From Octopus sinensis (Eukaryota), in contig NC_043009.1 in the NCBI RefSeq assembly GCF_006345805.1, positions 69,688,001 to 69,752,000 of the forward strand: DNA of 64,000 bases. The letters run 5' to 3'. Below, piece after piece: positions 49,384 to 64,000 of this stretch. The first letter of the stretch is position 1. Each line of letters opens with the position of its first letter. The notes below the pieces were generated by a model. It had not been told where the DNA came from, made no database searches, and worked only from the letters and a program-made list of their open reading frames with translations. A program made the translations under genes and the position numbers.

Positions 49384-52300
49384 GTGTGTGTGGTGTGTGT
49401 GTGTGTGTGTGTGTGGTTAAATATAGTAAAAAAAAATGAAAATTGTAAATTAAGACAAAGCTGAATGAATGTCACGAAAAACAAGTAAATAGTTGATATG
49501 AATAAAATAAATGTTTGCTATAAAGAAGTGAGAGTTGTGATCCATGGCTGGAAAGACAGAAAAATCCGAGAAAAGAAGAAAAGAAAAAAGAACAAGAGGA
49601 GATGCGAGTTTAGTATGATTTAACCCAGCTTCTATCTCCTCACTTTTTCTTTTCTTCTCTACCTTCCATGTCTAATACGGATTCGCCATTCTTCTTTCTT
49701 CATCAAAAACTAATTCATTCACGGGTTTATCTTAAATTTCTTTCCTGTTATACACTTTCACCCACATTTTAAAAAATTTCTTTAATTTTTCTCTTTCTCC
49801 TTTTTAAAGACTTTCCTCCCTCGCTGCATTTATTCTACCTATCATTATACCTATCATTATACCTATTATTACACCTATTATTACACCTATTATACACATT
49901 TCCAATAGTAAAATCGATTTAGGTTGTTCATGTTTTATTTCAGTTTCAACTCGTTTTTCAATATTTATGACGCTTAGTCAGGGGAAAATTGCGTTCATCC
50001 TACAAATTTGATAAATTTGAAAAATAATAATCTCTTGTCCAATCAGATTTAAATGTTTATTTGATGAGTAACTAAATAAATTATCACTGCATCATTTCTG
50101 AATAAATATAAAAACGTTATATTTCTTAAAAAATAAAATGAAAAAAAAGAGATACGTGTTTTACATGAAACTTGAAATGACAGTTTATGATTTTTTTTCA
50201 ACCTTTTTTTTCTATGGTGTTCGAATGCTATGTTGCCTTCAACTTATATGCTGGCATGTGTACACACACACACACACACACACACAATCGTACGCGCGTG
50301 CATTTCTATCCTGAATTGGTGACTCTCCCCGATAAGCAATGGTCCTTCCAGGAAGAAAAGAGATGTTGAGCTCGCTTTTGAGGTTCGAAAGACAGATATA
50401 ACGACGCCGGAGAAGTGTGTCAAATTCCATCACCTTAGTCCGGAAATTAACAAGGTTTTTACTCGACATAGGAATCCCATATTGATCGGATAAACCGAGT
50501 TTGTGCCTTCAATCATTTCAGTCTATCCTGTTGCAGAGTGTGCTTTTACCATAACTATATATGCCTTTATTTGGTTGACATCTATCCTACAGATGGCGCC
50601 ATTGATTGTTTAGAACCACACTTATTGCACCCGTTTTCTGCGACTTTGAGATTTCGGTTTCAGCTATGACTTCTCTGAAAGGATTTCTGTTTAGGATTTC
50701 CTAAGAATTGTACATATTTTGAAAATTTCTGATTAGGTGTGGCCAAAAAATTATGTAAATGTTGTTATTTGCAAATATTGAAAGAAGTTCTTTTCTTTTG
50801 TGGGAAGGTTTATGGATCTGGTTGATGTGCAGTTCACATGTGGTAAGTGTCTAAGGTTGCAAGACCTATCACTCACAATCATACATGACCCATGGAGGCG
50901 ACATTTTCTGTATATACATACATGCATATGGTTGCCCTCGTGTAATTAAATTACACAAATCTAATCAGAATCACTTCACACATTCACGTATAGAATAGGC
51001 ACATACACCAACAAAAACCAACACACACATACACATACATACACACGCACACTAATATTTATACGCAACCATTAATTCCACAGTATGCACAGAGTTTAAA
51101 ATAGCATTTTAAATAAAAATACATGAAAATTAGGATTGTGTGACACCCCGTGCCCCTCGCCTACACTTGCACCCCAGAATTAAATACTAAATATTAATGC
51201 TATAATCTCTAACACATATATACAGAATTGATTATGGATATAAAACATTGGCTTATATTTCACTGTAGAAACCTTGTTTAAAACAACTGATGAATCAAGA
51301 TAGCAAAAAAAACATGAGATATAAGACAATTGGTAGGTAGGTACCGCTCCAACATGGTGAAATTACTACTTTTCAATATGTGTGAAATGAAATTTGTTTT
51401 AGAAAATGTATACATTTGTGAAATGATTTTCTTTTGTTTTTCAGATTATTTCAGAGCTAAACTATGATAGTTTTGCAAAAATGCCTATTTAAGCTGTAAT
51501 ATAATAAAATTATATAACGGTAACTAGAAGTAAAAGCCGTAATTCAGCATTTGGATTTCCTGGAGAATTTCCTACAGCAATGACCCCCATAAAAGGCTGA
51601 TGTATTCCAACATTATTAAATACATAAAGAAATGTGAAGAACAGATATCAAACACTTCACATGTTACTGGATCGTTGCTGCAAATGTGCAAACAATATGG
51701 GACAAATTTTCTTTTCCTTGGATTGGGTTTGAGGGAAGAACTCTAAAAATTGGGAGATTGACTGAATCTGCTTATGAATTAAACAAAATACCCATCAAGC
51801 AAAGAGGAGATGGCTTTGGTAAGGAATTAGAGGAATTCAAGGAAATGTTTGCTATATGCACCTGCACGTGTTGTGAAAAACAAATAAGAATACCTGACTC
51901 TTATAGCCAATGCCTCTTCCTTGTCACAGCCAAGGAGTCGAGTTTGTCATCGATTTAGTGACAAAAGCTTCTGAAGTCAGAATAGGCGACGGAAATAGGC
52001 TGAAATTCATATTAAATGTACAGAAATCGAAACAAAGTTGACCTCAATTTGACTGGAAAAGACAATAGTCATTTCAAAAGTAAACACTATTTATGCTTGT
52101 TTTATGGTGTTCACTGTTCATGTATTCCGTTTGAGGTTCGCGACTTTTTTGTTCCTTTATTGCATATCATAATAGTCGTTAAGAATTTATAGAATTTACT
52201 CTTTTTTTTACGTTGAAAGTGCTTTTCTGAATATATGCTTTTTTAAAATAAAAAAAAAAACATTAATACAAACTATATAAATAAGCAAAGATTCCAATAA

Positions 52301-54691
52301 CTGTTTTTTTGTATCGGGTGAGTGGTGGGGTGTATAGAATTTATAAAATGTTATATATAGGTAGTATTTAAGCAATACAAAGTTAATAGCATTGACACAG
52401 TTTACAGTTCCTTACATTTCCAATATTGAAAACGCAGAATTAGGGTGGTGGTGGTGGTGGCTATGCGAGGTGTAGGGGGTGGTTGCATACTTTTCAAAAT
52501 TTGTAAATTTATTTCTCACACCAAAATGAACACCAAGCAAAATGTGGAATCAGAATATAAAATTTCGACCCCTACTTAATATGTATGTGTCTATATTTCT
52601 GTGCGCTTATGTACGAGTGTACCTCTGTGTGTGTGTGCGTGTGTGTGTCTGTTTATAAACAATGAAAATTGCATACATTTGTCTTGGTGCCAGAATCCTT
52701 CCCACAGATTTTGTCAAATGTGACGGTGCTGCTGTTGGCATTCTGGTGGTTCTTTTTGCGGTGGTGCCTGCGGTGGGGATGGTGGTGTGACAGTGTTGTT
52801 GTTTCCATTAGTGATATTTGTGGTGTTTTCGGTGAAAATGTTGGTATTTGGCTTTGACAGTGGTATAGGTTTAGTGGCAGTAACTCTATGGTGGCGGAGG
52901 CGTAGTGGTGGTGTGGGTAGCTAACGGCAAAGATTAAGAGAGGTGTTCTGTCAAGAACGACAGTCTTACCGAACAATACATGGCAGTTATATGGCTGATT
53001 TCTTATACGGTTCTAGATTTACATGTAATACTGCATTTGATCGCAGAGTGTGGTTAAAGGAATCAAATGCGCTAACAACAATAATAATAACCCATCCAAA
53101 ATAGAGTATTTTCATCCAAAACGGAGACGAGTAGCACGACTGAATAATTGTGAAGCTTTACACGTGAAACCATTGGTTGCCTTACATCGATGACTTTGAG
53201 CGGTTGAGTATTTATCACTCAACTTTTTTGAGAAGGTTCAAAGAGGAACACCTTCAAGGAATCATCTATATGATATAATAGGCAAATCTTCATTCATTAG
53301 GTCACATTTTAAACCAAGATAACATAGATCCGATGGTATTGTTTTATATATCTCTGCCTGATAATAAGATTGGATAATCAAGACTGGAACGTCTTTGGTG
53401 ATAAGTTTGCTGAATGAAAATACACATGAAGCTAAGTACCACGTCCACTGCCTCCAAAAATATCAACAAGAACAATAACCACAGAAACCGGTATTTCAGT
53501 GGTTAGAATGTTGCTATCGAAGACCATCATCCTCGACCTTGAGGGATTGCCATAGTAGTAGTAGAATGTTGCTTGCCAGATCTGTGTTAAATATGGGCCA
53601 AGCTACTTATCTTTCAAATGCTCTACATAGATGCTCGTAGATAGAAGGATGGAACGACAATTCTCTATAATTAGTCGTAGCCTTATGAAATTGATGAAAG
53701 GGTTGCTGGTTTTCATTTCCTGCGAAAATTAACTTCGATAAAGAAGTCCGTGGATCACCGGTTCAAACGACGTTATTTCTCTCTACCACAGTGTGCTTAC
53801 CTCAGTGAAATATAAAATCTCTGGCATCTGGTGATTCAGGAATTAGTATTTTAGAGATATTGCAGCATGAAAAATAAATCATGTAGGTTAATTTTTAATC
53901 GGGAAATATTTCAAAACTTACTCCTAAATAATTTTGGTATCGTAACCACTTGGGAAAAGACGCAGATCAAAACACCGAAGTTTCACAATTGCAATCGAGT
54001 TAAGTTTTATCAGCGCCATCTTTCTTTTCCCAAAATATATTAGACTCGCGGATTACATCATGACAGCTAAATAGATTTTGGCATTAATTTTCTTGTTTCC
54101 TCACCACGAACACTACACCACTTCACATATTTTATTGGATAATTCTAAATATTAATGTAAGGGTTCACCGACACTTTTAAAGACAATAAAGTATTTTTAA
54201 CTATGCCAGTTCAGTTTTTATGATGTAATGACACGAAATTGATAGAACAGAGAAGCTGTGCGAAGTCTTAATAATTCTATAAAAAAAAATACTTAGTTTT
54301 GCTAAATGAAGCCACGTATCATCTCTTTGCTATTTAATCTTAGCAGATTTCGCCAGTATACTGTGATATTTGGCTGCATATATTAAACGTGAAGTTTTTG
54401 CATGACAGAAGAAAAGAAGCTCCGTTCACATTGCCAAGCTTTCAGTGAATGTCAATATACTTGTGAGAGACAAATAAAAGAGGAATTTGTAGAAGAGGAA
54501 CAGTGAGAGTGTAAAGAGTAAGTACAAATAACAAAACATGGAACAAAGTCGAACGTTAAGGGTAAAAAGAAAAACAAATTTTATATACGAAAAATATTTT
54601 AAAAGTAAGGATTAATGAGTAGAATGTATTCTAACAGTTGAACTAGCAATTTGTACTTTTACCTTTGATGACGGATACAGGCACAGACCCA

Positions 54692-54754
<63 letters not shown>

Positions 54755-55679
54755 AGAAACACATACATGTACGAATACTTGGGTATGTATGCATGCATAT
54801 ACCTATATATATATGTATAACAGGATATCAAGTAGTGATGCAGTACGAGCGTTTCGAGCGACTCCAATTAATTGAACGATGCAGTCATTACATCTACTTA
54901 AATGCAGTGCCACCATCAGCTGCACAAATAAATAAATAGAATCTTAACCAGTCGGACACATTAATGAAACTTTTCTCAAATACTTTAGCAGAGCAAGATG
55001 GAAGAAATTCCTGTTGTCGCTATTGTGGCTAAGAATAGACTACACTTCCAAGAATCACATGAAGCCCATTAGGGGTCATAGCTTGTAAAGGATTATGATT
55101 CATTTCTAATTTATTTATATCTCCATCAATTACTAAATCTAAGACTAGAAGACTTTGTCTGTTTTGAATAAAGGGCAGGAGTGTGTTGACAGCTCATGGC
55201 TAGGTATGGTAATAAATATTGTCATATGTAACACTTTTCCTCTGAGAGGAAAGAAGACATTAGGAGTAGTCAACTGGATATAGAGTAACTGTCTGTAAAA
55301 AGAGGGTATGCAGGGGAAGACTCTAAATCATGATATTAAGTACCAGTTAAAGGGACAAGACAACTGGGATGTCAATGCAGAGGAAATTTTATCTTGGGAC
55401 ACTATGGGTGATTGTTTATTAACAATATTGTTATGTTGTATAAAAATGAAATTTAAGATTTTCAAAAATCATATAACCAAAATAGGTAAAGTGTACATAT
55501 ATATCAATTATAAACATCAAAAAGGAAAGATTACACAGAATCAGTTTCATATTCAATCATGTACTTAATTATTTACTTATTAGGTGGTTTCTGTAAAGAC
55601 TACTCAGAGCATTTACTTAGGGAATACTGGAAAGATAAACATGCTATCTATATATTAATTTTATATATATATATATATA

Positions 55680-55717
55680 TACACACACACATAAATATGT
55701 ACGCATGTGTATGTATA

Positions 55718-55773
<56 letters not shown>

Positions 55774-55783
55774 ATATGTACGC

Positions 55784-55821
<38 letters not shown>

Positions 55822-55834
55822 ATATGTACGCATG

Positions 55835-55865
<31 letters not shown>

Positions 55866-55955
55866 ATATGTACGCATGTATATATATATATATATATACA
55901 TATAAATATGTACGCATGTATATATATATATATATATACATATAAATATGTACGC

Positions 55956-56001
<46 letters not shown>

Positions 56002-56030
56002 ATATGTACGCATGTATATATATATATATA
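55680..56030. repeat. Compound minisatellite: CATATAAATATGTACGCATG plus variable (TA)n, about 7 units
   Basis: Directly visible constant core separated by (TA)n of varying length. Confidence 0.9.
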
Positions 56031-56074
56031 TATACATGTATATATATACATGTATATATATATATACATTCATA

Positions 56075-57324
56075 CAGGGTGTGATTGGTAAATTGTCACC
56101 ATTCTATATTTTTTATTTCGCGAATGCGCATTGTTTGTTTTTAATTTTGTTGACTATACAGTTTAGTAGGGTCAGTTGGGCATCGTCTGTGAGGAAAACA
56201 GCATCATGACGCAATTCACTCCACCAGAAATTTGGGAACGACATGATGTACTGCTTGGCATTCGCGCTGGAAGCTCCAATGCGAACATTTCAGAATGTAT
56301 GGGTGTCAAACTTAGGAGAGTGCAGAAGATTCGGAAGGAGTTGGACGAGTCTAATAGTGATTACGAAGGTACGGTAGCTCGGAAGACTCATTCTGATCGT
56401 TCTGATAAGAAAGGAACTCCTGAAGTTGTTGGTGAGATCCAGGCCATGATTGACAACCATCCCTCGATGGCAGTGTCTGAGCTTCTTGTCAGGCAGGCAG
56501 TGCGTGAAGACATTCAGTGTTCCTCATAAAAAATGAGAAAGGGTTAATTTTTATACTAAACCATCAAAGACAAGAGGAAAGTACACGCTACGAAGCTTTT
56601 GAACAAACTCAAACATTCCCTCCAACCGAACATGCTTTGGCTTTTCTCACACGAGAAAAATTTCTGCTAGGATCAGATGGTAAACACACAGAACAACCGT
56701 GGGCTTGCCGCGTCCCCAAAACATGTACGGAGAGTGAAAAAAAAATTAAACATCCAGTCAACATCATGGCGCTTGGAGTGATCATTAGTGATGGACACGT
56801 TATGCCTCCATTCAATTTTCCACACGGCCTCAGACTCAACAAACAGGCCTACACAAAGTGCCTGGAGGAGGTAGTGCTACCCTGGGTCAAGAGAGTAGCT
56901 GCTGGAAGACCCTATATCAGGCAACGGGACTCTGCACCATGCCACACAAGCAGAAGAACCCAGTTGTGGATGTCACAATTTCTGCGACCACATCAGCCCT
57001 AACAACTGGCCAACTAACTCCTCAGACTGCAACTCTCTGGGGTGCAGTTGAGCAAGAGACCAACAAAATTCTATGTAACATCAAAGATGAACTGAAAGCA
57101 AGGATTACGGCAACATTCTTAAGCAAGAAGACTGTTCAGAAGAGTTGCAGAAGATTGCGAAGTTGTCTGGAGATTGTGGTTGAAACCAATGGTGATTTTA
57201 TTGAGTAAATTTACTCTTTAGTATTTCAAGATATTTTTATGTAATTTTGGTAAATATATGTTAAAATGGGATGTCAGAGTTGTTTTCACTTTGCGTAACT
57301 TAGACAGCAATTCATTCACCACAC
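56075..57324 (+). mobile_element. Degenerate Tc1/mariner-superfamily transposon (Tc1- or maT-like)
   Basis: TA|CAGGGTGTGATTGGTAAATTGTC at the left end and an imperfect inverted end at about 57303-57324. Transposase remnants at 56206-57208: HTH region, F-x-x-EK-x-F, VNIMALGVIISDG, RQRDSAPCH, WP-x-NS-x-DCN, WGAVE ... NGDFIE*. Frameshifted, and the motif carrying the third catalytic residue is deleted. Confidence 0.9.
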
Positions 57325-57502
57325 ACACACGTATGCATATATGTATATATATATATATGTATAGATGTATATATACATATGAATGCATAGATGTATATAT
57401 ACATATGAATGCATAGATGTATATATACATATGAATGCATAGATGTATATATATATATATATATATATTCATGTGTTTATGTGTGTTTGTATGTATATAT
57501 AT

Positions 57503-58648
57503 ATTAGTTGGAATTTACAAAAAAAAAAACGAAAACAGATGTCTAAACAACAAACAGGTGTATTAGTTTAACGCTCGGGAAGGTCAGAAAGTATTTTACG
57601 TTTCGAGCCTATGCTCGTCAACAGAAAGGAACTCGAGAAGATAAACAGAGAGAGAATAAAAAAAGCTTTAGTGCCTAGCGGTCGATCATGGCGATGGCCG
57701 GACAGAGTTGGTCAGACAGGAGAGCTAGGGAAAAGGGGAGATGATAAAGTAGTGGTGATCCCAAAACGTAAGTGCGCGTGCGTGTGTATGTGAGAGCGTG
57801 TGTGTGCGTTTGGATAGGGGCTGGTGACCTTGATGTGTGGGTGTGTGCAGGGGGGTGCGATGTGATGTGGTGTGGTGATGTGTGATGCGTTGTGTTGGTG
57901 TGTGGTGTAGTGATGTGTGGTGATGTTAGGTGTGTGGAATGCAAGGGTAGGGGTGGGGTATGTTGGAGTGGGTTGTAAGGATGAGGTATGTTGGATGTAT
58001 AGGAAGGGTGGAATTGGGTGGGGTGGGATGTAATGTACAGGAATGATGGGTTTGGGATGGGGTAACGATGGAGGGGGTGACAATGAAGGGATAGGGTGGA
58101 AGGCAGAAGGTTGGTTGGAGTGAAGAGAGGAAGTAGGTGTGAGAGGAAGAGAGAAGAGTTAAATGAAGAGAGGAGGGGAGTTGAGCCCGTGTGGTGCAAA
58201 GGAGTGAAGACGGGAGTCCGGATGGCCCGTGTGCAAGGACAATCCGAACACCGACAGGTGTTGTAAAGACTGACCGGTAGAACGGAAATGGCGCGAGACC
58301 GGTGTACCATTGTGGAGTCTGATGTGTCGGAGGTGTTCCGCGAACCGGTCAGCCAAGTGGCGTCCTGTTTGACCGATGTACAGAGGGTAGAGAGAGAGCA
58401 GGAGATGTAGGAAATGACGTTGCTAGAAGTTCAGGTGAAGGAGTCAGTGATATGACAGGGTCTATGATGGGTGCCCGTGAGGATGGTGGTGTTGGAGAGG
58501 TAGGGTGGGGGTGGTAGGTTAGGGGAAACGGGAGATGGTGTGGCAGGTGCTGGGGAGAGAGCAGATGCTCGGTTCACGGAACGTGCTCTAGCAAGCGCGG
58601 TGTGGATAGTAGTGAGTGGACATCCACGAAGGATGAAGTGGCGAGCCA
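57503..58648 (-). mobile_element. Penelope-like element 3' portion with GIY-YIG endonuclease remnant
   Basis: MARHFILRGCP...TALARA, FT*TSSNVI, LYIGQTGRHLADRFAEH, PVSRHF and PHGLN, followed by a low-complexity 3' UTR and a terminal repeat shared with 27095-27250. Confidence 0.9.
57591..57629 (-). ncRNA. Hammerhead-like motif, non-canonical A6U
   Basis: CCUUU-CUGUUGA-C-GAGC(AUAG)GCUC-GAAAC-GUA^AAAUAC in the PLE terminal repeat. Confidence 0.35.
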
Positions 58649-59519
58649 TATATATATGTATATATATATTCGTGCTATATGGAGAAAGTTTATCAATGAA
58701 ACCTTCAAGCATAAATATATATAATAACCATATTTATCTATGCTATGCTTCTAAAGAAAATACCAAGCATAACACACATTTGGCGGACAGTGCAATACGA
58801 TCTCCAGATGACATTCTCCCTTCAATTTTAACTATTTTTTCTGTCACTATCTAACTTTGGAATCACAAGAACTATGAACACAAATCTTTTCCTTGTATTT
58901 TGAAATAGAAATCGTATTTATTTAAGAAATTAGCAAATACATTAATAAATTATATTCAGAGAATTAGAAGAGTTAAATTTTTACTCGCAGAATCAGTATT
59001 AGAATATCTGAGCATTATACAGTTTCAGGTAGCAATTTGTTTAGCTGAGTAAGTGGGGCCCAATGCCACAAAGCTGTACCCGCCCACATGAATGAGAAGT
59101 ACATTCTAGAGAGTTTAATTTAAGACGATCGATTTATGGAATCGCAAGAGTGTCAACCAAAATATGTATTTAGCGTATTTTGTTATAGCAATTTAAATGC
59201 CGCGTAATTAAAGTTTCTCTTTAATCATTCTGGTCTGGAGCTAATGAAATGAGGTGCCAGTGCCGAAATAGCTGGAGACTATATTCTATCGGCCATACTG
59301 ACCGTTCCAATAATTCTGTTGTCAGTCTATCGATAGCGACGATAACAACGAAGGTAGCAGCAGATGCCAAGGAAATAACTACTGCTGCTGCTGCTACTAC
59401 TACTACAAATCGTGTGAGTATTTCGATTGTACCTATTCTTCTCCCTTTTCATGAATAATATTAAAGAAAAGTTTCAAATTCTTTGCAAAATTCTTGCAAA
59501 TAGCTACTTCATAGCAAAT

Positions 59520-59868
59520 GAGGAGAGGAGGAGACCCCCTTTGGTCGTGACTGACCATGGGATTGCACCTAGTAAGTTACCCTCAGTGGCACATATTCGG
59601 GTAAGGTTGTTTGTGGAAAGCCAGCAGTCGCCCATGCATACCAGCCTCCCCCTCTCCACACCACTGATGTTATCCAAGGGAAAAGCAAAGGGGCTGATAC
59701 AGATTGGCACCAGTGACGTCGCAATTCATATCTACAGCTGAGTGAACTGGAGCAACGTGAAATAAAGTGTCTTGCTCAAGAACACAACACGCAGCCCAGT
59801 CCGGGAATCGAACTCACAACCTCACGATCGTTAGCTCGACGCTCTAACTACTGAGCCATGTGCCTTCA
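59520..59868 (-). mobile_element. tRNA-headed SINE, family D, with a 10-bp TSD
   Basis: Minus head GGCACATGGCTCAGTAGTTAGAGC ... GAGTTCGATTCCC followed by gtgttcttgagcaagacact; TSD CATAGCAAAT at 59510-59519 and 59869-59878. Confidence 0.88.
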
Positions 59869-60406
59869 CATAGCAAATACTGGTCGAAAATACAGCCGTT
59901 ACTACAACGGTCGCAAAAGTAAACTTTGTATTAACATGCGTCCATTATCATCTTTCTCTTTCTCCCCCCTCTCTCTCACTTTCTCTCTCCCCCTCTCTCT
60001 CACTTTCTCCCTCCCCCCTCTCTCTCACTTTCTCTCTCCCCCCTCTCTCTCTCTTTCCCGAAAGTTAACTCATTCACTATTAATTATTTTTACCCACCAT
60101 AAATTTTGGATTAAAATTTACTTATGCAGACCAACTTCAGACTGCTTGGATTCCGTATGTTACATTCGTAAACTATATCATTGGCCAATTCTGTCTCCGC
60201 ATGAGAAGCTCCTCTCCTCAGGGAACACATTATTATACTCTTGGGCCAAAGCATATCAACACTGGAGGCTATTCCGAGCTTAGCCATATCACCCATTCGC
60301 AAATCGATTATCACAACCTTGCAAATATATGATGGCGAACATAAAATAGCTATAATTTACTGTTACTGATATCATTTGGAGTTACTAGTATCTGCAGGCA
60401 CACACT

Positions 60407-60507
<101 letters not shown>

Positions 60508-61381
60508 TGCACCACACCCCTATATAGAGAATGTTTACAGAGAGTGGAATCACTATATATTTATAGAAATATCGATTGAATGATGGAAGTACTTTGACAA
60601 AAAGATGAAAATCATAAACTGAAACACACGTCTATGTGTGCGTGTGTTTGTGTGCGTGTGTTTGTGTGCGTGCGTGTGTTTGTGCTTTGGTATGTGTATT
60701 TGTGCATCTGTGCTTGTGTACGTATACACGTTTTTGTATATATATATATACATTTATATATACAAACACACACACACACATACATATATACCGCTAAATT
60801 ATGTATCACACATACACACAAACATAAGGACACACACACACAGAGATGTACACACAAACACTCATACACACATGTTTTTAATGCACAGACATTGAACAAC
60901 TTCAATTTTTCCCAATTCGAAAACTTATTTGTGATTACCTGTCGCCGAAGTAAGCAGACTTTTCTCCAACTATTATATTACACTAAATTACATTAGAAAA
61001 CTGCAATATTTACGTTGATAATCACATCTCTGATGTAATTGACTCACTCACTCGTCTTTGTCAATATCTCTCTTTATACATCTGTTTGCCTCTCCCTATC
61101 TCTCCACCTCTCTCTCTTTCTTTATGCATTTTTGGCTTAATTTCTCCCTCCCTCCTTCCCTCTCTTACTCACTCACTCACTCACCCTTGGTCTCTCTGTT
61201 TATCCGTCCATCAGTCCATCAGTCCATCAGTCCATCAGTCTATCTATCTATCTATCTATCCATCTATGTCTTAGCACCGCCATATTACTTTGCAGTCGGT
61301 ATTTTATTTTGCACTTACAACAGTTTCTCCGGTATTTAATGATGCATTGCAGTTCGTCCGTTTTCATTTACAGCATATGTC

Positions 61382-61442
61382 TGTATGCATTTACCTGTAT
61401 GCATTTACCTGTATGCATTTACCTGTATGCATTTACCTGTAT
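61382..61442. repeat. 14-bp tandem repeat (TGTATGCATTTACC) x4
   Basis: Directly visible. Confidence 0.9.
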
Positions 61443-62022
61443 ATTTGTGCACGGAAGTATTCAGGCTTATATGCTTGCACGTATGTATGCGTGTGTTTGG
61501 TTGTAGCTTTCGAAATTCTCAACAATGGGGAACGAGATTATTTTTAGCCTCAGACCAAGTCTCGTTAGAATATAGGCAACTTCAAACAGGGTATTCCTGT
61601 GGGTATATACGTGTGATATGTGTATGGATATGTGAATGTATAGGCCACCCCGATGAGAGTTGCCTCTGGGTAAAAGCAACATTAATACACCAGCTCGTAG
61701 TTAAGCCAGGCGATTCACAGACGGATGTGTTGCATTTTAGACGACGTGCAATTTCATCTAGATTTAGTTCAGTTTTGGATTTCATTAACAAAAAAAAAAA
61801 TGACTCTTAGTTTCATAAAATAAAGGAATTATAAAAGATAAAAATTAATTTAGAATGACTGTGTCGGCAGTTTAGGCAATCGGATACGATCTGGTGGTTT
61901 CCCACAAGTGGTAGCGTTTGTGATTACTGGGTCAGCTGTTATTGTCATTTCCTAATACCACAGGACATATGCATGCACACGCACATACACACACACACAG
62001 ACACACATAGACACACCCACAC

Positions 62023-62068
<46 letters not shown>

Positions 62069-62940
62069 CACGCACAGGTACACATTCGCAGTAAAAATAC
62101 AGATATTCAAATATTCTCATAAGCTGTTGTATCCCTTCCTGCCAAATGCAATACTGCACCAAATCATTTTTCATTTTATTGCACACACACACACACACAC
62201 CACACACTTACCATCTCATACACACACACACACACACACTTACCATCTCATACACACACACCCTTGTATGCAAACATTTTATTAAATAGAGATCTCTTGA
62301 CGTCTTCACCCGTTTTCACTTGAGCACAATGCATTGTTGTATGCAAAATAAACACAGATATAAAGTAAAGCAACAAACCCACACATGAATAAATAAATAA
62401 ATAAATAAATGGATATAGAAACTAATAAGTGTGGGGTGGGTGGGGGGGGAGGCAAAGAAAGGGAGAAGGACGAAGAAAGGAAGCGAAAGCATGAAATATG
62501 CCGATTTCTATTTGTTTTATCTCGATATTTATGCTTTTATTTTGTATTGAAAAGTAAGATCATGTTGTCTGACATTTGAATCTAATTTATCTCAACATAA
62601 AAGAGTTCTGTGTATCGGCTGTGAATCTCGGAATGGAAACACATCTAGCACATCTTCAATGTCTTCTCTCTCCAAGAAGATATATTGAAATTTGCCGGAG
62701 AGATTTTCCTAAACAAAAGATATAAAATGGACGAAATGCTATGCTGTACTCATCAAAGCAACAATGCAAGGCAAAACAAACCGTAACGACACTATGCGGA
62801 AATAAATACATACATAACAAGCAGACACCATGTACACATGTATACGAGAATATGCCTGAGAGTGTCTGTGCGTGTATGTGTGTGTGTGTGTGTGCGGATA
62901 ACCGTGTGTCTCTGCCGTTGTTTATATTTCCTCAAGTCTA

Positions 62941-63022
<82 letters not shown>

Positions 63023-63749
63023 GTGTGTACATGTATGCACGTGCATACGTGTGTGTGTGTATATATATATATGTATATATTATTTATAAACCACAGATAT
63101 ATTCACACATGCAAGCAAGCGCACACATACACAAAAATATCCATACACCTACGTGCGTACACACACCCTGATATGTGTGTGTGTATGTGTCTGTTGCTGT
63201 TTGTATGCATGTGTGTGTAATGTAAACGGCAACAATTGAAAAGAGAACGAAGCAGGTATTGAAAGACAAACGAAACTCCTACTTCAATCGCAGCTAGATG
63301 TTGTTTAATGCAATTTGTCTTAATATATATATTTATGTTTTTTTTTTCCTATCCCGCCTCCTCTGACTCTGATCACTTGTCAGCTTTTGATCGCAAAATA
63401 TGAATATTCTAACAGCATTCTTTCATCTATTCCATAGTTTTCTTCTTCTTCTTCTTCTTCTTCTTACTCAGCAGCCTTTATTTATTTAATTTCGTTTCGT
63501 TTTGTTTCGCTTTTGATTTGTTTTGTTACGTTTCGTTCCGTCAAAGTTATACAATTTTATAGTGGCGCTAGAAAGTCAGAATTACATTAATAGAATAGAA
63601 ATGATAATTAATACTTGGATGTATTGTCGTTGCAATTACAGCGGATCTCTTTTATATGACGATTCGTTTTTCGATTATGATAGCTGATAATTTTCTCAGT
63701 GATTATCACATACCCCCCTCCTTACCCAAACACACAACACATGCATATA

Positions 63750-63794
<45 letters not shown>

Positions 63795-63885
63795 ACATAT
63801 ATACGCATACATGCACACACTCCTCCATATACACAAATAGAGAGACTGTACTTTCTCCCATGAAACTAAGCAACTCTCCCGTGTT

Positions 63886-63927
<42 letters not shown>

Positions 63928-64000
63928 ACACACACAAACATTCATGCACACAACACGCTTAAAAACTCTCACACACGTACGAATACAAATCAACATAAAC

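Noticed and set aside
51686-51958. 90-aa plus ORF, possible gene or LINE remnant
   Set aside because: No motif could be recognised and there are no convincing splice sites.
53100-53240. NGFTC as an EGF-like exon
   Set aside because: Cysteine spacing is not EGF-like and there is no usable donor before the stop.
55680-56030. CRISPR-like repeat-spacer appearance
   Set aside because: The spacers are only (TA)n, the context is eukaryotic, and there are no cas genes.

Overview
AT-rich, microsatellite-dense animal genomic DNA, mostly intronic or intergenic, with one 100-N scaffold gap (25502-25601). The repeat landscape suggests a coleoid cephalopod, probably Octopus; this is inference from pattern recall, not a search. 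Almost all ORF-track entries are microsatellite or transposon artefacts. The one well-supported host gene is a minus-strand, multi-exon extracellular protein: three GT-AG exons (32737-32830, 28737-28861, 27431-27583) splice in phase into a complete CUB domain, and weaker candidate exons lie on both sides. The rest is transposon material: four tRNA-headed SINE families (about 20 copies or fragments), two mariner elements and one Tc1-like element, L1/Tx1, CR1 and R4-like LINE fragments, five Penelope-like remnants and a foldback MITE-like element. The most interesting signals are: (1) minimal dimer-type hammerhead ribozyme motifs, one directly downstream of a Pol III tRNA-like head (retrozyme/Sm-alpha-like layout) and one in the sense strand of a CUB-gene intron; (2) a 1.2-kb ORF1-only Tx1-like element with a 17-bp TSD nested in a mariner 5' UTR, whose 3' end matches the tail of an abundant SINE, suggesting a SINE-LINE partnership; (3) several microsatellite-bounded duplications and a precise micro-inversion. 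All calls were made by eye, and no database search or folding was run.
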